60,657 bases of DNA from Clostridia bacterium (GCA_045592445.1 JAZNUV010000032.1:1-60657); one strand, 5' to 3'; shown: positions 45,414-55,768, numbered from the stretch's first letter. Notes: a model not told the origin generated them from the letters alone. Made by a program: numbers and translations.

Positions 45414-47849
45414 ATGATGAATTTTAATGAACGGTTTACGCCGAAAGCCAAGACGGCGCTTGAAATGGCGCAAGCGGTAGCGGCGGAGCTCGGGCACAAT
45501 TACCTGGGCAGTGAACATATGCTTTTGGGGCTTTTGCGGGAGGGCAGCGGTGTTGCTGCTGATGTACTCCGCGAGGCAGGTGTTACGGAGGAGGATGTCC
45601 AAAAACGGCTGGGCGAAATTATTGATATTTTTCCGGGTAAGGAAGTACAGTTTATGGGCTTTACGCCCCGCAGTAAAAAGATATTGGAGCTGAGCTTTGC
45701 AGAGGCATCCCGTATGGGCAGTCGGTTTATCGGAACAGAACATATTCTGATGGCGATTTTGCGGGAAGGCAGCAATGTGGCACTGAATATTCTGACGGAT
45801 TTAGGCACGCAACCACAGGCTTTATACAATGCGCTTGTGCACGGTGGAACGAATGCCGAAACGCCACACGCTGCATCGGACAGAAAGGGAGACGGAAAAA
45901 CACCGACGCTCGACCAGTTTGGAAGGGATTTGACATCACTTGCCAAAGACGGAAAGTCTGACCCTGTAATTGGCAGGGACAAAGAAATTGAACGCGTAGT
46001 TCAAATTCTTTCCCGCCGTACAAAAAATAATCCGTGCCTGATTGGGGAGCCGGGTGTCGGCAAAACGGCAGTAGCGGAAGGCCTGGCACAACGTATTGTG
46101 CAGGGGAATATCCCTGAAATTCTGAAAAATAAGCGTGTGTTTACTTTGGATTTATCCTCGATGATTGCAGGTGCAAAGTATCGAGGTGAGTTTGAGGAAC
46201 GTCTTAAAAAGGCGATGGAGGAAATTACAAACGCAGGCAATGTAATTTTGTTTATAGATGAGATGCATACGATTATCGGTGCAGGTGCGGCAGAGGGTGC
46301 CATTGATGCATCGAATATTCTGAAACCGTCGTTGGCACGCGGTGAAATGCAGGTAATCGGTGCGACTACCTTGAATGAATATCGCAAATATGTAGAGAAG
46401 GATGCGGCACTCGAACGGCGTTTCCAACCCGTCGTAGTGGGTGAGCCGACAATTGAGGAAACCATTGCCATTTTAGCAGGTATTCGGGATAAATACGAGG
46501 CGCACCACGGCGTGAAAATTACGGATGCGGCACTGGAGGCGGCGGCAAAGCTTTCCGCAAGATATATAACGGATAGATTTTTGCCTGATAAGGCGATTGA
46601 CCTTATGGACGAGGCATCTTCACGTGCACGTCTTTCCGCATTGACGGCGCCCGATACGCTCAAAGAACTTGAAAATGCGTTAGCGAATACCAAGGCAGAA
46701 AAAGAGGACGCGATTGTAAAGCAGGATTTTGAAAAGGCGGCGTCCCTGCGTGACAAAGAAAAGGAACTGGAAGCTGAATTGAAGGAAAAGCGTGACGCTT
46801 GGAATAAAGAAAACGCCATTAAAACTGACGAGGTGGGCGCAGAGGAAATTGCCGCGATTGTTGCGGACTGGACAGGCATCCCCGTAAAACGTTTGGCGGA
46901 GGAGGAAGGGGAACGCTTGCGGAACATGGAGACGCTTTTGCATCGCCGCGTGATTGGGCAAAAGGAAGCTGTCAGCGCGGCGGCACGTGCTATACGCCGC
47001 GGCCGTGTAGGACTGAAAGACCCCAAACGCCCCATCGGTTCCTTTATATTCTTAGGGCCAACGGGCGTCGGCAAAACGGAGCTTTCCAAAGCAATTGCAG
47101 AGGCAATTTTCGGGGATGAGGATGCGATTATCCGCGTTGACATGTCGGAATATATGGAAAAGCATACTGTCTCACGCATGGTTGGATCACCTCCCGGCTA
47201 CGTCGGCTTTGACGAGGGTGGACAGCTTACAGAAAAGGTGCGACGCAAGCCGTATTCCGTTGTTTTATTTGACGAGATTGAAAAAGCGCATCCCGATGTC
47301 TTTAATATTCTTCTGCAAATTTTAGAGGACGGTATTTTGACGGATGCACAAGGTCGGCGTGTGGACTTCAGAAATACCATTATTATCATGACACCAAACG
47401 TCGGCGCACGGCAGATTACCGAGCAAAAACGCCTCGGTTTTGGGAATGCCGAGGAAAAGGCGCGCGAAACGTATGAGGATATTAAAAATAATGTAATGGG
47501 AGAACTAAGACGTGCCTTTCGACCTGAATTTCTAAACCGTATTGACGAAATCATTGTATTCCATCCGCTTGCGGAAACAGAAATCCGCGATATTGCGGGT
47601 CTTATGCTCAAAACGCTGGAAAAGAGGCTTTTGCAAAATAACATTACGGCTACCTTTACTGAGGAAGCAATTTCTGCGCTTGCCAAGGCGGGGTATGACC
47701 CTGTGTATGGAGCAAGACCCTTGCGGCGCGCTATACAGTCCAAAATTGAGGACCTTTTGGCAGAGGAGATGCTCGACGGCAAAATCAGCGAAGGCGACAT
47801 GGTTACGATAGACTATAAAAATGAAACATTCTGTATAGAAAAAAACTAA
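45414..47849 (+). CDS. clpC: ATP-dependent Clp protease ATP-binding subunit ClpC
   Basis: Clp_N repeats, two AAA+ modules (GEPGVGKT and GPTGVGKT) and a UVR linker (KQDFEKAASLRD). Confidence 0.97.
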   Translation: MMNFNERFTPKAKTALEMAQAVAAELGHNYLGSEHMLLGLLREGSGVAADVLREAGVTEEDVQKRLGEIIDIFPGKEVQFMGFTPRSKKILELSFAEASRMGSRFIGTEHILMAILREGSNVALNILTDLGTQPQALYNALVHGGTNAETPHAASDRKGDGKTPTLDQFGRDLTSLAKDGKSDPVIGRDKEIERVVQILSRRTKNNPCLIGEPGVGKTAVAEGLAQRIVQGNIPEILKNKRVFTLDLSSMIAGAKYRGEFEERLKKAMEEITNAGNVILFIDEMHTIIGAGAAEGAIDASNILKPSLARGEMQVIGATTLNEYRKYVEKDAALERRFQPVVVGEPTIEETIAILAGIRDKYEAHHGVKITDAALEAAAKLSARYITDRFLPDKAIDLMDEASSRARLSALTAPDTLKELENALANTKAEKEDAIVKQDFEKAASLRDKEKELEAELKEKRDAWNKENAIKTDEVGAEEIAAIVADWTGIPVKRLAEEEGERLRNMETLLHRRVIGQKEAVSAAARAIRRGRVGLKDPKRPIGSFIFLGPTGVGKTELSKAIAEAIFGDEDAIIRVDMSEYMEKHTVSRMVGSPPGYVGFDEGGQLTEKVRRKPYSVVLFDEIEKAHPDVFNILLQILEDGILTDAQGRRVDFRNTIIIMTPNVGARQITEQKRLGFGNAEEKARETYEDIKNNVMGELRRAFRPEFLNRIDEIIVFHPLAETEIRDIAGLMLKTLEKRLLQNNITATFTEEAISALAKAGYDPVYGARPLRRAIQSKIEDLLAEEMLDGKISEGDMVTIDYKNETFCIEKN

Positions 47850-47852
47850 AGA

Positions 47853-47888
47853 GAAGCCGCGGATTACAAACGATCCGCGGCTTCTTTT
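47853..47888. terminator. Bidirectional terminator shared by clpC and the SMP-30 gene
   Basis: GAAGCCGCGGAT-TACAAACG-ATCCGCGGCTTC followed by TTTT. It overlaps the stop codon of the minus-strand gene. Confidence 0.85.
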
Positions 47889-48753
47889 ATAGTGAAAAAC
47901 GATATTCTGTAGAACCTTGTGCAATATTTTCAATCATAAAAATGCCACCGTCGTGTGCATGCGCTGTACGGCTTTCCGATGCAGTCGTAACAAATATTGT
48001 GTCACACGTTGGGCCGCCAAAACATAGGCTGGTCAGTCTGTATGCAGGGAAGAAATATTCCTGTATCAGTGTACCTGCCGCATTATAGCATAAAAGCGGT
48101 TTGCCCGGTCTGCAATTTGCAACCCATAGGTTGCCGTCCTTATCCGTAGCGATGCCGTCAGGGAAACAATTTGCTGCAAAAACGGAACGATTTTTTATTT
48201 CACCCGTGGTGGGATCATAGTCATATTGATATATTTTATCCTCATCCGTGACTGCAAAATACATCTTTTTATGATCGGGTGAAAAACGAATACCGTTTGG
48301 CGTATCGCCGACAGAATCTTCTAGGCACAAAAAATTTCCGTCGGGGTCCAGTCGCCACAAGGAACCGTGTTTGCCTCTTTTTTCCGCATCAAAAAAGTTG
48401 TCGGCAAGCATGCCGCAAAAGATGCGATTTTTCGAATCAACCATGCAGTCATTGAATAAGCTTTTTTTACAATCCTTATAAAGCACCGGACTTTGATAAG
48501 GCGCCCATTCCCATATTTTCCCTTCATCTGCAAAAAGCAAAAAGGTGTCACGGCTTGTCAAAATGATACTGCCGATTGGTCCGATTTGCAACGGAAAGCA
48601 TTCATATTCCCCGGGCGGCGAATGGTATGTTTTTCGGTAAATTTCGCCCGAAAATCCACGCCAGTAAAGCATTTGGTCTTTTGCATTCCATATGGGAGAT
48701 TCCGAAAGTTCGCAATGGCAATCTGCAAAAAGCTTTATTTTCTTTGCGTCCAT
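47887..48753 (-). CDS. SMP-30/gluconolactonase/LRE-like beta-propeller protein
   Basis: 288 aa. LSESPIWN, PNGIRFSPD, FPDGIATDKDGNLWVA and a LCFGGP-type repeat are characteristic of the six-bladed lactonase family. Confidence 0.8.
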   Translation of the reverse strand: MDAKKIKLFADCHCELSESPIWNAKDQMLYWRGFSGEIYRKTYHSPPGEYECFPLQIGPIGSIILTSRDTFLLFADEGKIWEWAPYQSPVLYKDCKKSLFNDCMVDSKNRIFCGMLADNFFDAEKRGKHGSLWRLDPDGNFLCLEDSVGDTPNGIRFSPDHKKMYFAVTDEDKIYQYDYDPTTGEIKNRSVFAANCFPDGIATDKDGNLWVANCRPGKPLLCYNAAGTLIQEYFFPAYRLTSLCFGGPTCDTIFVTTASESRTAHAHDGGIFMIENIAQGSTEYRFSL

Positions 48754-48757
48754 TATT

Positions 48758-50929
48758 TTATACCTCCAATGCGGATGATGCGATAAATGCGTTTTGTTCC
48801 TCGCGGCTTAAATTAACAAAATACACATTCCAACCGCAAAGGCGTATTTGTAAATTTTGATATTTTTCGGGATGGATCTGCGCTTTTAAAAGTGTTTCGC
48901 GATCAAGAACATTAAAATGGATTGCAAAGCCGCCTTGATGCATATAGGTATCCAGAAGCCCGCGAAACGCCATCATGCCATCTTGCCCTTTTACGGAAGA
49001 AGCATGCAGAATGATATCCGCAACTGTGCCGTCAGGAATCTTCTTGGTATCAAATTTCAGCATAGACTTAAGAAGGGCAGTTACACCTTCTTTATCCTGC
49101 CCGACAGAGGCGGTGATATTTTTGGAAAACGGTTCGTAATCTCTTCTGCCGTCAGGCGTAGCACCTGTTGCTTTCCCCATCCACATACGCCAATCAACGG
49201 AGAACAAGCCGCAACGGAATACGCCGCCGCGTCCGTTTTTTGTTCCGTTAATTAAATCTGCAAAGCAATTGAAAAGTGTGGCAGCGATGTCATCTACTTC
49301 GTTTTGATTATTTCCGTATTTCGGGACAGATTTTTCACAGTACTGTCGGAGACTTTCAAAGCCTGCCCAATTTTTTTGCAGACATTCTTTAAACTCTGTA
49401 AAGGAAATCCGTTTTTCATCAAATACTACTTGTTTGACTGCCATTACACTATCCGCAAGCGTGGCAATTCCGGCACCAACAATTGAGGTATTATTATATT
49501 TTGCGCCGCCTGCATAAAGGTCAAGACCATTTTTAACGCTGTTTTCATAGGTCGCGGAAATGACGGGAGCAGGGCAGATATCGGGATATAATGGCTCGTG
49601 CGAGGCAATAATGTCCATGCAGGATTCCGTGATAAAGGTAAGCTGTGTTTTAACGGCGGCAAAAAAGTCGGAAAACGTAGAAAAATCAGCACCTGTTTTC
49701 GGACCGACCTGTAGATTCGCTAAAGGGTCGTAGCCATTATAAAGGGCAAGTGTGACCGCTTTGACAAGATTAACCATTCCGCCGCAGGTGGAGGGGATTT
49801 CTGTACCTTCCGCGCCCGGTTCATAGCATCCGTATATAATCACTTTTTTTGCATCCTCATGGCTGATGCCAATTTTTTCTAATGCGGTGGATGCAATATC
49901 AACATTGATAAAAACAAAACTATTCTTCCCACTTCGTATCATATCCAAAATAAAATCTAAAACATCCTTACGGATATTGTCATGGTAGAGGACATGCATC
50001 TTAGGGTCGTAAATATCAAGTAAACGGTACTCTTCTAATAATAGCATCGTATAATCGTTTGTGGCATCCTGCCCATTTTCATCTTTGCCACAAATATAGA
50101 AGGGCGTATTTGCCGTGACCTGCATAGCATTGATTTTCCACAAGAAATCCCGAGTCAGCTCGCGTAGCTGACTTTCCGTAAAAGCACCGCTTTTAAGGTC
50201 TGCCCGGTAAAAAGGAAAGTACATTCTATCCAGTCCACCAAGCGAACGAACAATTGTGCAATCCAGGTCTTTTTGAATGGTATAAAAAAGAAGGGTAAGT
50301 TGCATGGCCTGAGCAAGCGTTTTTGGTGCAGAAACCATGAGGCTGCGCAGATTGTCTGCCATAAATTGCATCTTTTTGCTGTTTTTTCTTTGTGCACAAT
50401 TCGCCATGCGTTCAAATAAAACCAAGATGGCTTCATACACACGAATGGAGCAATCATAAAAGGCGAGCTTTTCAGGAGAATCTGCATTTTCAGCGCGGTA
50501 TGCCTGTAAACGGCGGAGTATCCCGGGGATGCCGTTTTTTAGAACAAAATTCCAATCAGGGGCAATATGCCCGAAATCCATACCGCTACGAAATGTTTTT
50601 GTCGTTTCTGCATTTTTGGCAAGTGTATCATAGCCTATACGGAGCTTTGACAGATTGTTGCTCACGCATATGCTGATATAATCGGACAAGATATCCTGGT
50701 GCTCGATTTTATCTGCAAAAAATTCATCCTCAGCAATATCGATTCGTGCGTTTTGCAGGAGATATACAATGGCATCTGTTTTTTTCTCGTAGACTGTATA
50801 GGTGTCGTTCTCGAAAATATTCTTAAAAATATGTTCCTTCACCGCGGATGCTTCCATTCCGTCCGTAAAGTGATTTTCCTGGTATTGTTTCGATAAGCGT
50901 TCTTTTGCTTCGCTAAAACGTCCCCACAT
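48758..50929 (-). CDS. Glycyl-radical enzyme, PFL2/dehydratase-eliminase class, unusually short (723 aa), substrate unknown
   Basis: C-terminal glycyl-radical fingerprint IRLCGWNVYFVNLSREEQ (Gly about residue 699). Cys loop IIYGCYEPG (Cys about 368, Glu +2). The Cys-Gly spacing of about 331 residues equals that of glycerol-dehydratase-type GREs. Confidence 0.8.
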   Translation of the reverse strand: MWGRFSEAKERLSKQYQENHFTDGMEASAVKEHIFKNIFENDTYTVYEKKTDAIVYLLQNARIDIAEDEFFADKIEHQDILSDYISICVSNNLSKLRIGYDTLAKNAETTKTFRSGMDFGHIAPDWNFVLKNGIPGILRRLQAYRAENADSPEKLAFYDCSIRVYEAILVLFERMANCAQRKNSKKMQFMADNLRSLMVSAPKTLAQAMQLTLLFYTIQKDLDCTIVRSLGGLDRMYFPFYRADLKSGAFTESQLRELTRDFLWKINAMQVTANTPFYICGKDENGQDATNDYTMLLLEEYRLLDIYDPKMHVLYHDNIRKDVLDFILDMIRSGKNSFVFINVDIASTALEKIGISHEDAKKVIIYGCYEPGAEGTEIPSTCGGMVNLVKAVTLALYNGYDPLANLQVGPKTGADFSTFSDFFAAVKTQLTFITESCMDIIASHEPLYPDICPAPVISATYENSVKNGLDLYAGGAKYNNTSIVGAGIATLADSVMAVKQVVFDEKRISFTEFKECLQKNWAGFESLRQYCEKSVPKYGNNQNEVDDIAATLFNCFADLINGTKNGRGGVFRCGLFSVDWRMWMGKATGATPDGRRDYEPFSKNITASVGQDKEGVTALLKSMLKFDTKKIPDGTVADIILHASSVKGQDGMMAFRGLLDTYMHQGGFAIHFNVLDRETLLKAQIHPEKYQNLQIRLCGWNVYFVNLSREEQNAFIASSALEV

Positions 50930-51037
50930 TACGATTCCTCCTAAATTGTATTCTTAATTTCAGTATAGGCAGAGCGTTGAGAAATGTCAATATAATAAAA
51001 GCACAAATATTACTTTTCGAACATTGTTTTAAAACTA

Positions 51038-51066
51038 TTGCATAATAAAAATACGTATGATATAAT
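51038..51066 (+). promoter_or_regulatory. Promoter candidate for the araC-GH78 unit
   Basis: TTGCAT (51038-51043), 17-nt spacer, TATAAT (51061-51066). Confidence 0.4.
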
Positions 51067-51081
51067 GAAAATGGTGATAGT

Positions 51082-51861
51082 ATGAAAATTTTCGAACGTG
51101 AACTGACAATCAGCGAAATTGTAAATATCAGAAAAGGTGCAACGCCCATTTCATATACTGTATGCGAGTCGAGGCGAAGTGATTGCTTCTTCTATGTAAC
51201 GGCGGGGAGCGCGGACTACACATTCGGGGACAAGGTTGTAACGGTGGAAAAAGGCAATGTGGTATTCCTTGCTCATAAAAGTAAATATGACATTTCGGTC
51301 AAAACATCCGATTACAGTTATATCTATATTGATTTCTTTTTTACGAAGAGTGACAATACAAGCCTTGAAAATCAAGTTTTTTCCAATGCGGAACTTCATG
51401 TTTTGGAAACAGCCTTTACAAAACTGAATCACCTTTGGAATATTGGAAATTTTGCAGACAAAATCCTTTGTCGCTCGATTTTATATCGAATTTATGCAGA
51501 GGTGACCAAATGTGCTTTGTATAGCTACGTGTCATCCGAAAAACGAGAGACACTAAAGGCTTCAGTTGACATGATGACGGAAAGATACAGTGATGCAAGT
51601 TTTTCTGTCATGGAATTAAGCGGTATATGTAATATGAGTCAGGTGCATTTCCGACGGATTTTCAAGCAGATTTACCACATGTCACCCATACAGTTTTTGA
51701 CGATGTTACGCATTGAAAAGGCGAAGGAATTATTAGGAGCAACCAAAATGCCGATTCACCAGGTTTCCGAAAAATGCGGGTTCGCCTCCGCATATTATTT
51801 TTCAAAAAGATTTAAAGAAAATACGGGGATGCGCCCGGGGGAATATCGGAGCATGAAATAG
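51082..51861 (+). CDS. AraC-family transcriptional regulator (cupin sensor + dual HTH)
   Basis: C-terminal AraC signature (QVHFRRIFKQIYHMSPIQFL ... GFASAYYFSKRFKENTGMRPGEYR). Confidence 0.9.
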   Translation: MKIFERELTISEIVNIRKGATPISYTVCESRRSDCFFYVTAGSADYTFGDKVVTVEKGNVVFLAHKSKYDISVKTSDYSYIYIDFFFTKSDNTSLENQVFSNAELHVLETAFTKLNHLWNIGNFADKILCRSILYRIYAEVTKCALYSYVSSEKRETLKASVDMMTERYSDASFSVMELSGICNMSQVHFRRIFKQIYHMSPIQFLTMLRIEKAKELLGATKMPIHQVSEKCGFASAYYFSKRFKENTGMRPGEYRSMK

Positions 51862-51878
51862 AATAGGGGAGTTAGAAA

Positions 51879-54137
51879 ATGAATATTTTACCGAATTTTA
51901 TTGCGGCGGGGACTGTGCCGTGCAGTGAAGAAAACCATGTCAACGCGCCTTACCTAAGAAAAAGCTTTTGCTTGCCGACAGTTCCTTTGGCGGCAGAAAT
52001 ACAAATCTGCGGACTCGGGTTTTACGAATTATACATAAACGGTACAAATATTACAAAAGGCGCACTTGCGCCGTATATCAGTAATCCCGATGATTTTTGT
52101 TGCTATGATACTTATGATTTAAAATCGTATCTTCGTGCGGGAGAAAATGTAATCGGTATTTTGCTCGGGAACGGCATGCAAAATCCATTTGGCGGGTTTG
52201 TGTGGGATTTTGACAAGGCAAAGTGGCGTGGTGTACCGCGCGTGGCATTGGCTTTTGAAGCGCAAACAGAAAAAGGGACTGTGGCATTTGGGGCGGATAC
52301 AAGCTTTAAGACCGCTCCGTCACCGATTACCTTTGACGAATATCGCTTGGGCACATTTTATGACGCGAATTTGGAACAACGAGGCTGGAGTGAGCCCGGA
52401 TTTGATGACCGTGCATGGGAAAATGCGATATCGGTTGAAAGACCGCGCGGAGAGTTAATACCCTGTAAGGCAGAGCCGATTCGTGTGCAGGCGGAAGTAA
52501 AGCCTTTGCGTATTTTTCCTGACAAAAACGGGTACACCTATGATTTTGGCATGAATATTGCAGGCGTATGCAGGCTTAAAATTAAAGGAGAAAAGGGGCA
52601 GACTATACGCCTGAACCACGCGGAGTGGATGTGTGACGGAAGCTTTGATAAAACAAATATTATCAGCGACTTCTCTAAAATAGATTTTTTAAATGAACAT
52701 GGTCAAGTGGACAGATACATCTGTAAGGGCGAAGGAGTGGAAACCTTTGTGCCTCCCTTTACGTATCATGGATTCCAACAGGTATATGTGGAAGGGTTAA
52801 AACCGGAACAGGCAACGGAGGATTTATTGACTTGTCTGATCATGAATTCCGATTTAAAGGAAAGAGGAGGATTTTCTTGTTCTGACGAAATACTGAATAC
52901 CCTGCAGATTTATGCAAGAAGAAGTGATTTATCTAACTTTTATTATTTTCCAACTGATTGCCCGCATCGTGAGAAAAACGGGTGGACGGGCGACATTTCT
53001 GCGTCTTGCGAGCATATGCTTCTGAATTTAACCGCCGAAAACAGCCTTCGCGAATGGCTTAGAAGTATGCGGAAGGCACAGGCGGAAAACGGCGCACTTC
53101 CGGGGATTGTACCAACAGCCGGTTGGGGATTTGAGTGGGGAAATGGTCCTTTGTGGGATAGCGCATGCGTGTATGTCCCCTACTACATTTATAAATACAC
53201 AGGGGACAAGGAGGTTTTGGTCGAGAATGCGGATATGATTTTCCGATATTTGAATTATATTACAACCCGTCGCGGCGAAAACGGACTCATTGCAATCGGA
53301 CTTGGCGATTGGATGCAACCACGTCGCCCTGCGAACCAATACACAACGCCCCTGGCATTTACGGACACGGCAACCATTATGGATATGTGCAGGAAAGCGA
53401 GCTTTATTTTTGAAAAAATCGGAAGGCCTCTGCAAAAAACATTTTCGGACACACTTTATAAACAGCTCCGCCAATGCATACGCGAAGAGCTTGTTGACCT
53501 AAATACGATGACCGTAGAAGGCGCAACACAAACGGGGCAGACAATTGCTATCGCGTTTGATATTTTCGAGGAAAATGAAAAAGAACGTGCCTTTGCGGTA
53601 CTGGAAGAAATGATTGCAAGGGATCATGAGTTCATAGATACGGGAATTTTGGGCATACGCTATATTTTCCACATTTTAGGGGCGTATGGACGTGCGGATT
53701 TAGCATATAAAATGATTACGAGACCTGAATTTCCGTCATACGGCTATTGGCTACAGTGCGGTGCAACTTCGCTTTGGGAGGATTTTCAGAGCGAGGATGT
53801 CAAAAATGGATCGAAAAATCATCATTATTTCGGAGATATCAGCCATTGGTTTATCGGGGATTTGGCGGGTATAAAAATAAACCCGACCTGTAACAATGTA
53901 GATGAAGTGGAGATATCACCACACTTTATTGATGCACTTTCTCATGCAGAGGGATTTTTTAATACAAAGCACGGAAAAATTGAATCAGCGTGGCATCGGG
54001 ATGGGGATTCGGTTATGCTGACTGTTTCAGCCCCGACGCAAATTGTGGGCAAAATATGCCTTGCTGAAGGATATCGTTTTGAAGACGGTACAATAGAAAA
54101 AATACTCAAAAGCGGTGTATATAAAGCGATAAAATAA
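51879..54137 (+). CDS. Alpha-L-rhamnosidase (GH78)
   Basis: 752 aa. APYLRKSF N-terminal motif, YELYINGT, and (alpha/alpha)6 catalytic-domain motifs (DCPHREKNGWTGD). Confidence 0.87.
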   Translation: MNILPNFIAAGTVPCSEENHVNAPYLRKSFCLPTVPLAAEIQICGLGFYELYINGTNITKGALAPYISNPDDFCCYDTYDLKSYLRAGENVIGILLGNGMQNPFGGFVWDFDKAKWRGVPRVALAFEAQTEKGTVAFGADTSFKTAPSPITFDEYRLGTFYDANLEQRGWSEPGFDDRAWENAISVERPRGELIPCKAEPIRVQAEVKPLRIFPDKNGYTYDFGMNIAGVCRLKIKGEKGQTIRLNHAEWMCDGSFDKTNIISDFSKIDFLNEHGQVDRYICKGEGVETFVPPFTYHGFQQVYVEGLKPEQATEDLLTCLIMNSDLKERGGFSCSDEILNTLQIYARRSDLSNFYYFPTDCPHREKNGWTGDISASCEHMLLNLTAENSLREWLRSMRKAQAENGALPGIVPTAGWGFEWGNGPLWDSACVYVPYYIYKYTGDKEVLVENADMIFRYLNYITTRRGENGLIAIGLGDWMQPRRPANQYTTPLAFTDTATIMDMCRKASFIFEKIGRPLQKTFSDTLYKQLRQCIREELVDLNTMTVEGATQTGQTIAIAFDIFEENEKERAFAVLEEMIARDHEFIDTGILGIRYIFHILGAYGRADLAYKMITRPEFPSYGYWLQCGATSLWEDFQSEDVKNGSKNHHYFGDISHWFIGDLAGIKINPTCNNVDEVEISPHFIDALSHAEGFFNTKHGKIESAWHRDGDSVMLTVSAPTQIVGKICLAEGYRFEDGTIEKILKSGVYKAIK

Positions 54138-54150
54138 AGGAGTTTAGAAA

Positions 54151-54194
54151 AAGAGGCAATGACTGAATGAACTGGTCAATCATTGCCTCTTTTT
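54151..54194. terminator. Bidirectional terminator between GH78 and gpmI
   Basis: AAGAGGCAATGACTGA ... TCAATCATTGCCTCTT (16 bp, one mismatch) flanked by A and T runs. Confidence 0.8.
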
Positions 54195-54212
54195 ATTTCT
54201 TTTCTCGATTGC

Positions 54213-55721
54213 CTATTTTACAATCAAGCTTTCACCTGTCATTTCTTCGGGTTTTTCGAGCTGCATAATATCAAGCATTGTGGGTGCAATATCCGCAAGC
54301 CTTCCACCTTCGCGAAGTTTTATATCTCCTGCGCCCGCGACCAAAAGCGGCACGGGGTTTGTGGTATGTGCAGTGAAGGGGCTGCCGTCTGTATCGAGCA
54401 TACAATCAGCATTACCATGGTCAGCAGTTAAAAGAACAGTGCCGCCTTTTGCTAAAATAGCATCTACGACTTCGCCGACGCAAGCGTCCACCGTTTCAAC
54501 GGCGCGTATCGCACAGCTTATGGCGCCTGTATGACCGACCATATCGCAGTTTGCAAAGTTTAAGATAATTACGTCTTGCGCATCAAGGCGTGCGAGCACG
54601 GCATCCTTGACTGCAACTGCGCTCATTTCGGGCATAAGGTCATATGTTGCAACCTTGGGGGAAGGAATTAAAACGCGGTCTTCACCGGGTGCGCATTTCT
54701 CTACGCCGCCGTTAAAGAAGAATGTAACGTGTGCATACTTTTCCGTTTCGGCAATACGAAGTTGGGTATAGCCCTTTTCGGCAATATAATCCCCAAAAGT
54801 GTTTGTGAGTTTTTGGGGGCGAAATGCTACCTGTACGTTTGGCATTGTTGCGTCATACTGCGTCATACAAACGTAAGTGAGCGGGAAAAACTTTCTTGTA
54901 AAGCCGTCAAAATCCGGGTCTACAAACGCACGGGTAATTTCACGTGCGCGGTCAGGGCGGAAGTTAAAGAAAACCACACTGTCATCCTTTTCGATTTTAC
55001 CATTGCCCAAAGAGGCAGGCACGATAAATTCATCTGTTACATCTTCTTCATAGGAAGCGCGGACATAGGATGCGGCATCCTCGATTTTCTTTGCTTTGGA
55101 GCCGATGAGTGTTTTATAAGCTTTCTCCACGCGGTCCCAACGATTGTCACGATCCATCGCATAGTAGCGCCCCATAACGGAAGCGATACTGCCAACGCCG
55201 ATGCGATTCATTTCTGCCGTTAAATCGTCAAGGAAACCCGCACCTGAGGTGGGGGACACATCACGCCCGTCCAAAAGTGCGTGGACATATACCTTCGTAA
55301 GACCAAATCGTTTTGCCATCTCCAAAATGCCGTAGAGATGGGTAATATGGCTATGCACGCCACCATCAGACAAAAGACCGATAAGGTGCAGTGAAGTGTT
55401 GTTATTTTTACAGTTTTCCATGGCGGATACCAGTGCGCTGTTCTCAAAAAAGTCTCCGTCTGTAATGGATTTTGTAATGCGGGTCAGCTCCTGATATACG
55501 ACTCTGCCCGCACCGATGTTGGTGTGGCCGACCTCGGAATTACCCATCTGCCCTTCCGGCAAACCAACATCCATGCCGCTGGCGCCGATTTTTGTATAGG
55601 GGTATGCTTTAAAAAGACGGTCCAGATTCGGTGTGGCGGCACTACTGATGGCATTTCCTTCTCCGCTTGGTGCGAAGGCAAAGCCATCCATAATAATAAG
55701 TGCTGTGAGTTTTTTATCCAA
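54213..55721 (-). CDS. gpmI: 2,3-bisphosphoglycerate-independent phosphoglycerate mutase
   Basis: LIIMDGFA ... MGNSEVGHTNIGAGR ... ADHGNA, 502 aa. TTG start 7 nt after AAAGGAAG. Confidence 0.95.
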   Translation of the reverse strand: MDKKLTALIIMDGFAFAPSGEGNAISSAATPNLDRLFKAYPYTKIGASGMDVGLPEGQMGNSEVGHTNIGAGRVVYQELTRITKSITDGDFFENSALVSAMENCKNNNTSLHLIGLLSDGGVHSHITHLYGILEMAKRFGLTKVYVHALLDGRDVSPTSGAGFLDDLTAEMNRIGVGSIASVMGRYYAMDRDNRWDRVEKAYKTLIGSKAKKIEDAASYVRASYEEDVTDEFIVPASLGNGKIEKDDSVVFFNFRPDRAREITRAFVDPDFDGFTRKFFPLTYVCMTQYDATMPNVQVAFRPQKLTNTFGDYIAEKGYTQLRIAETEKYAHVTFFFNGGVEKCAPGEDRVLIPSPKVATYDLMPEMSAVAVKDAVLARLDAQDVIILNFANCDMVGHTGAISCAIRAVETVDACVGEVVDAILAKGGTVLLTADHGNADCMLDTDGSPFTAHTTNPVPLLVAGAGDIKLREGGRLADIAPTMLDIMQLEKPEEMTGESLIVK

Positions 55722-55739
55722 AATATTCTTCCTTTCTGA

Positions 55740-55768
55740 TACGCACCGGGGAAATTCCCCGGTGCGTA
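55740..55768 (-). promoter_or_regulatory. Intercistronic GC-rich hairpin between pgk-tpi and gpmI
   Basis: ACGCACCGGGG-AAATT-CCCCGGTGCGT (11-bp perfect stem) with no following U-tract on the minus strand. It lies just upstream of the gpmI RBS. Confidence 0.4.

Noticed and set aside
46001-47179. 392-aa ORF on the minus strand
   Set aside because: It lies entirely antisense to the strongly supported clpC gene. The translation is low-complexity (Ser/Ala/Arg-rich) with no motif and no RBS context. This is a typical shadow ORF.
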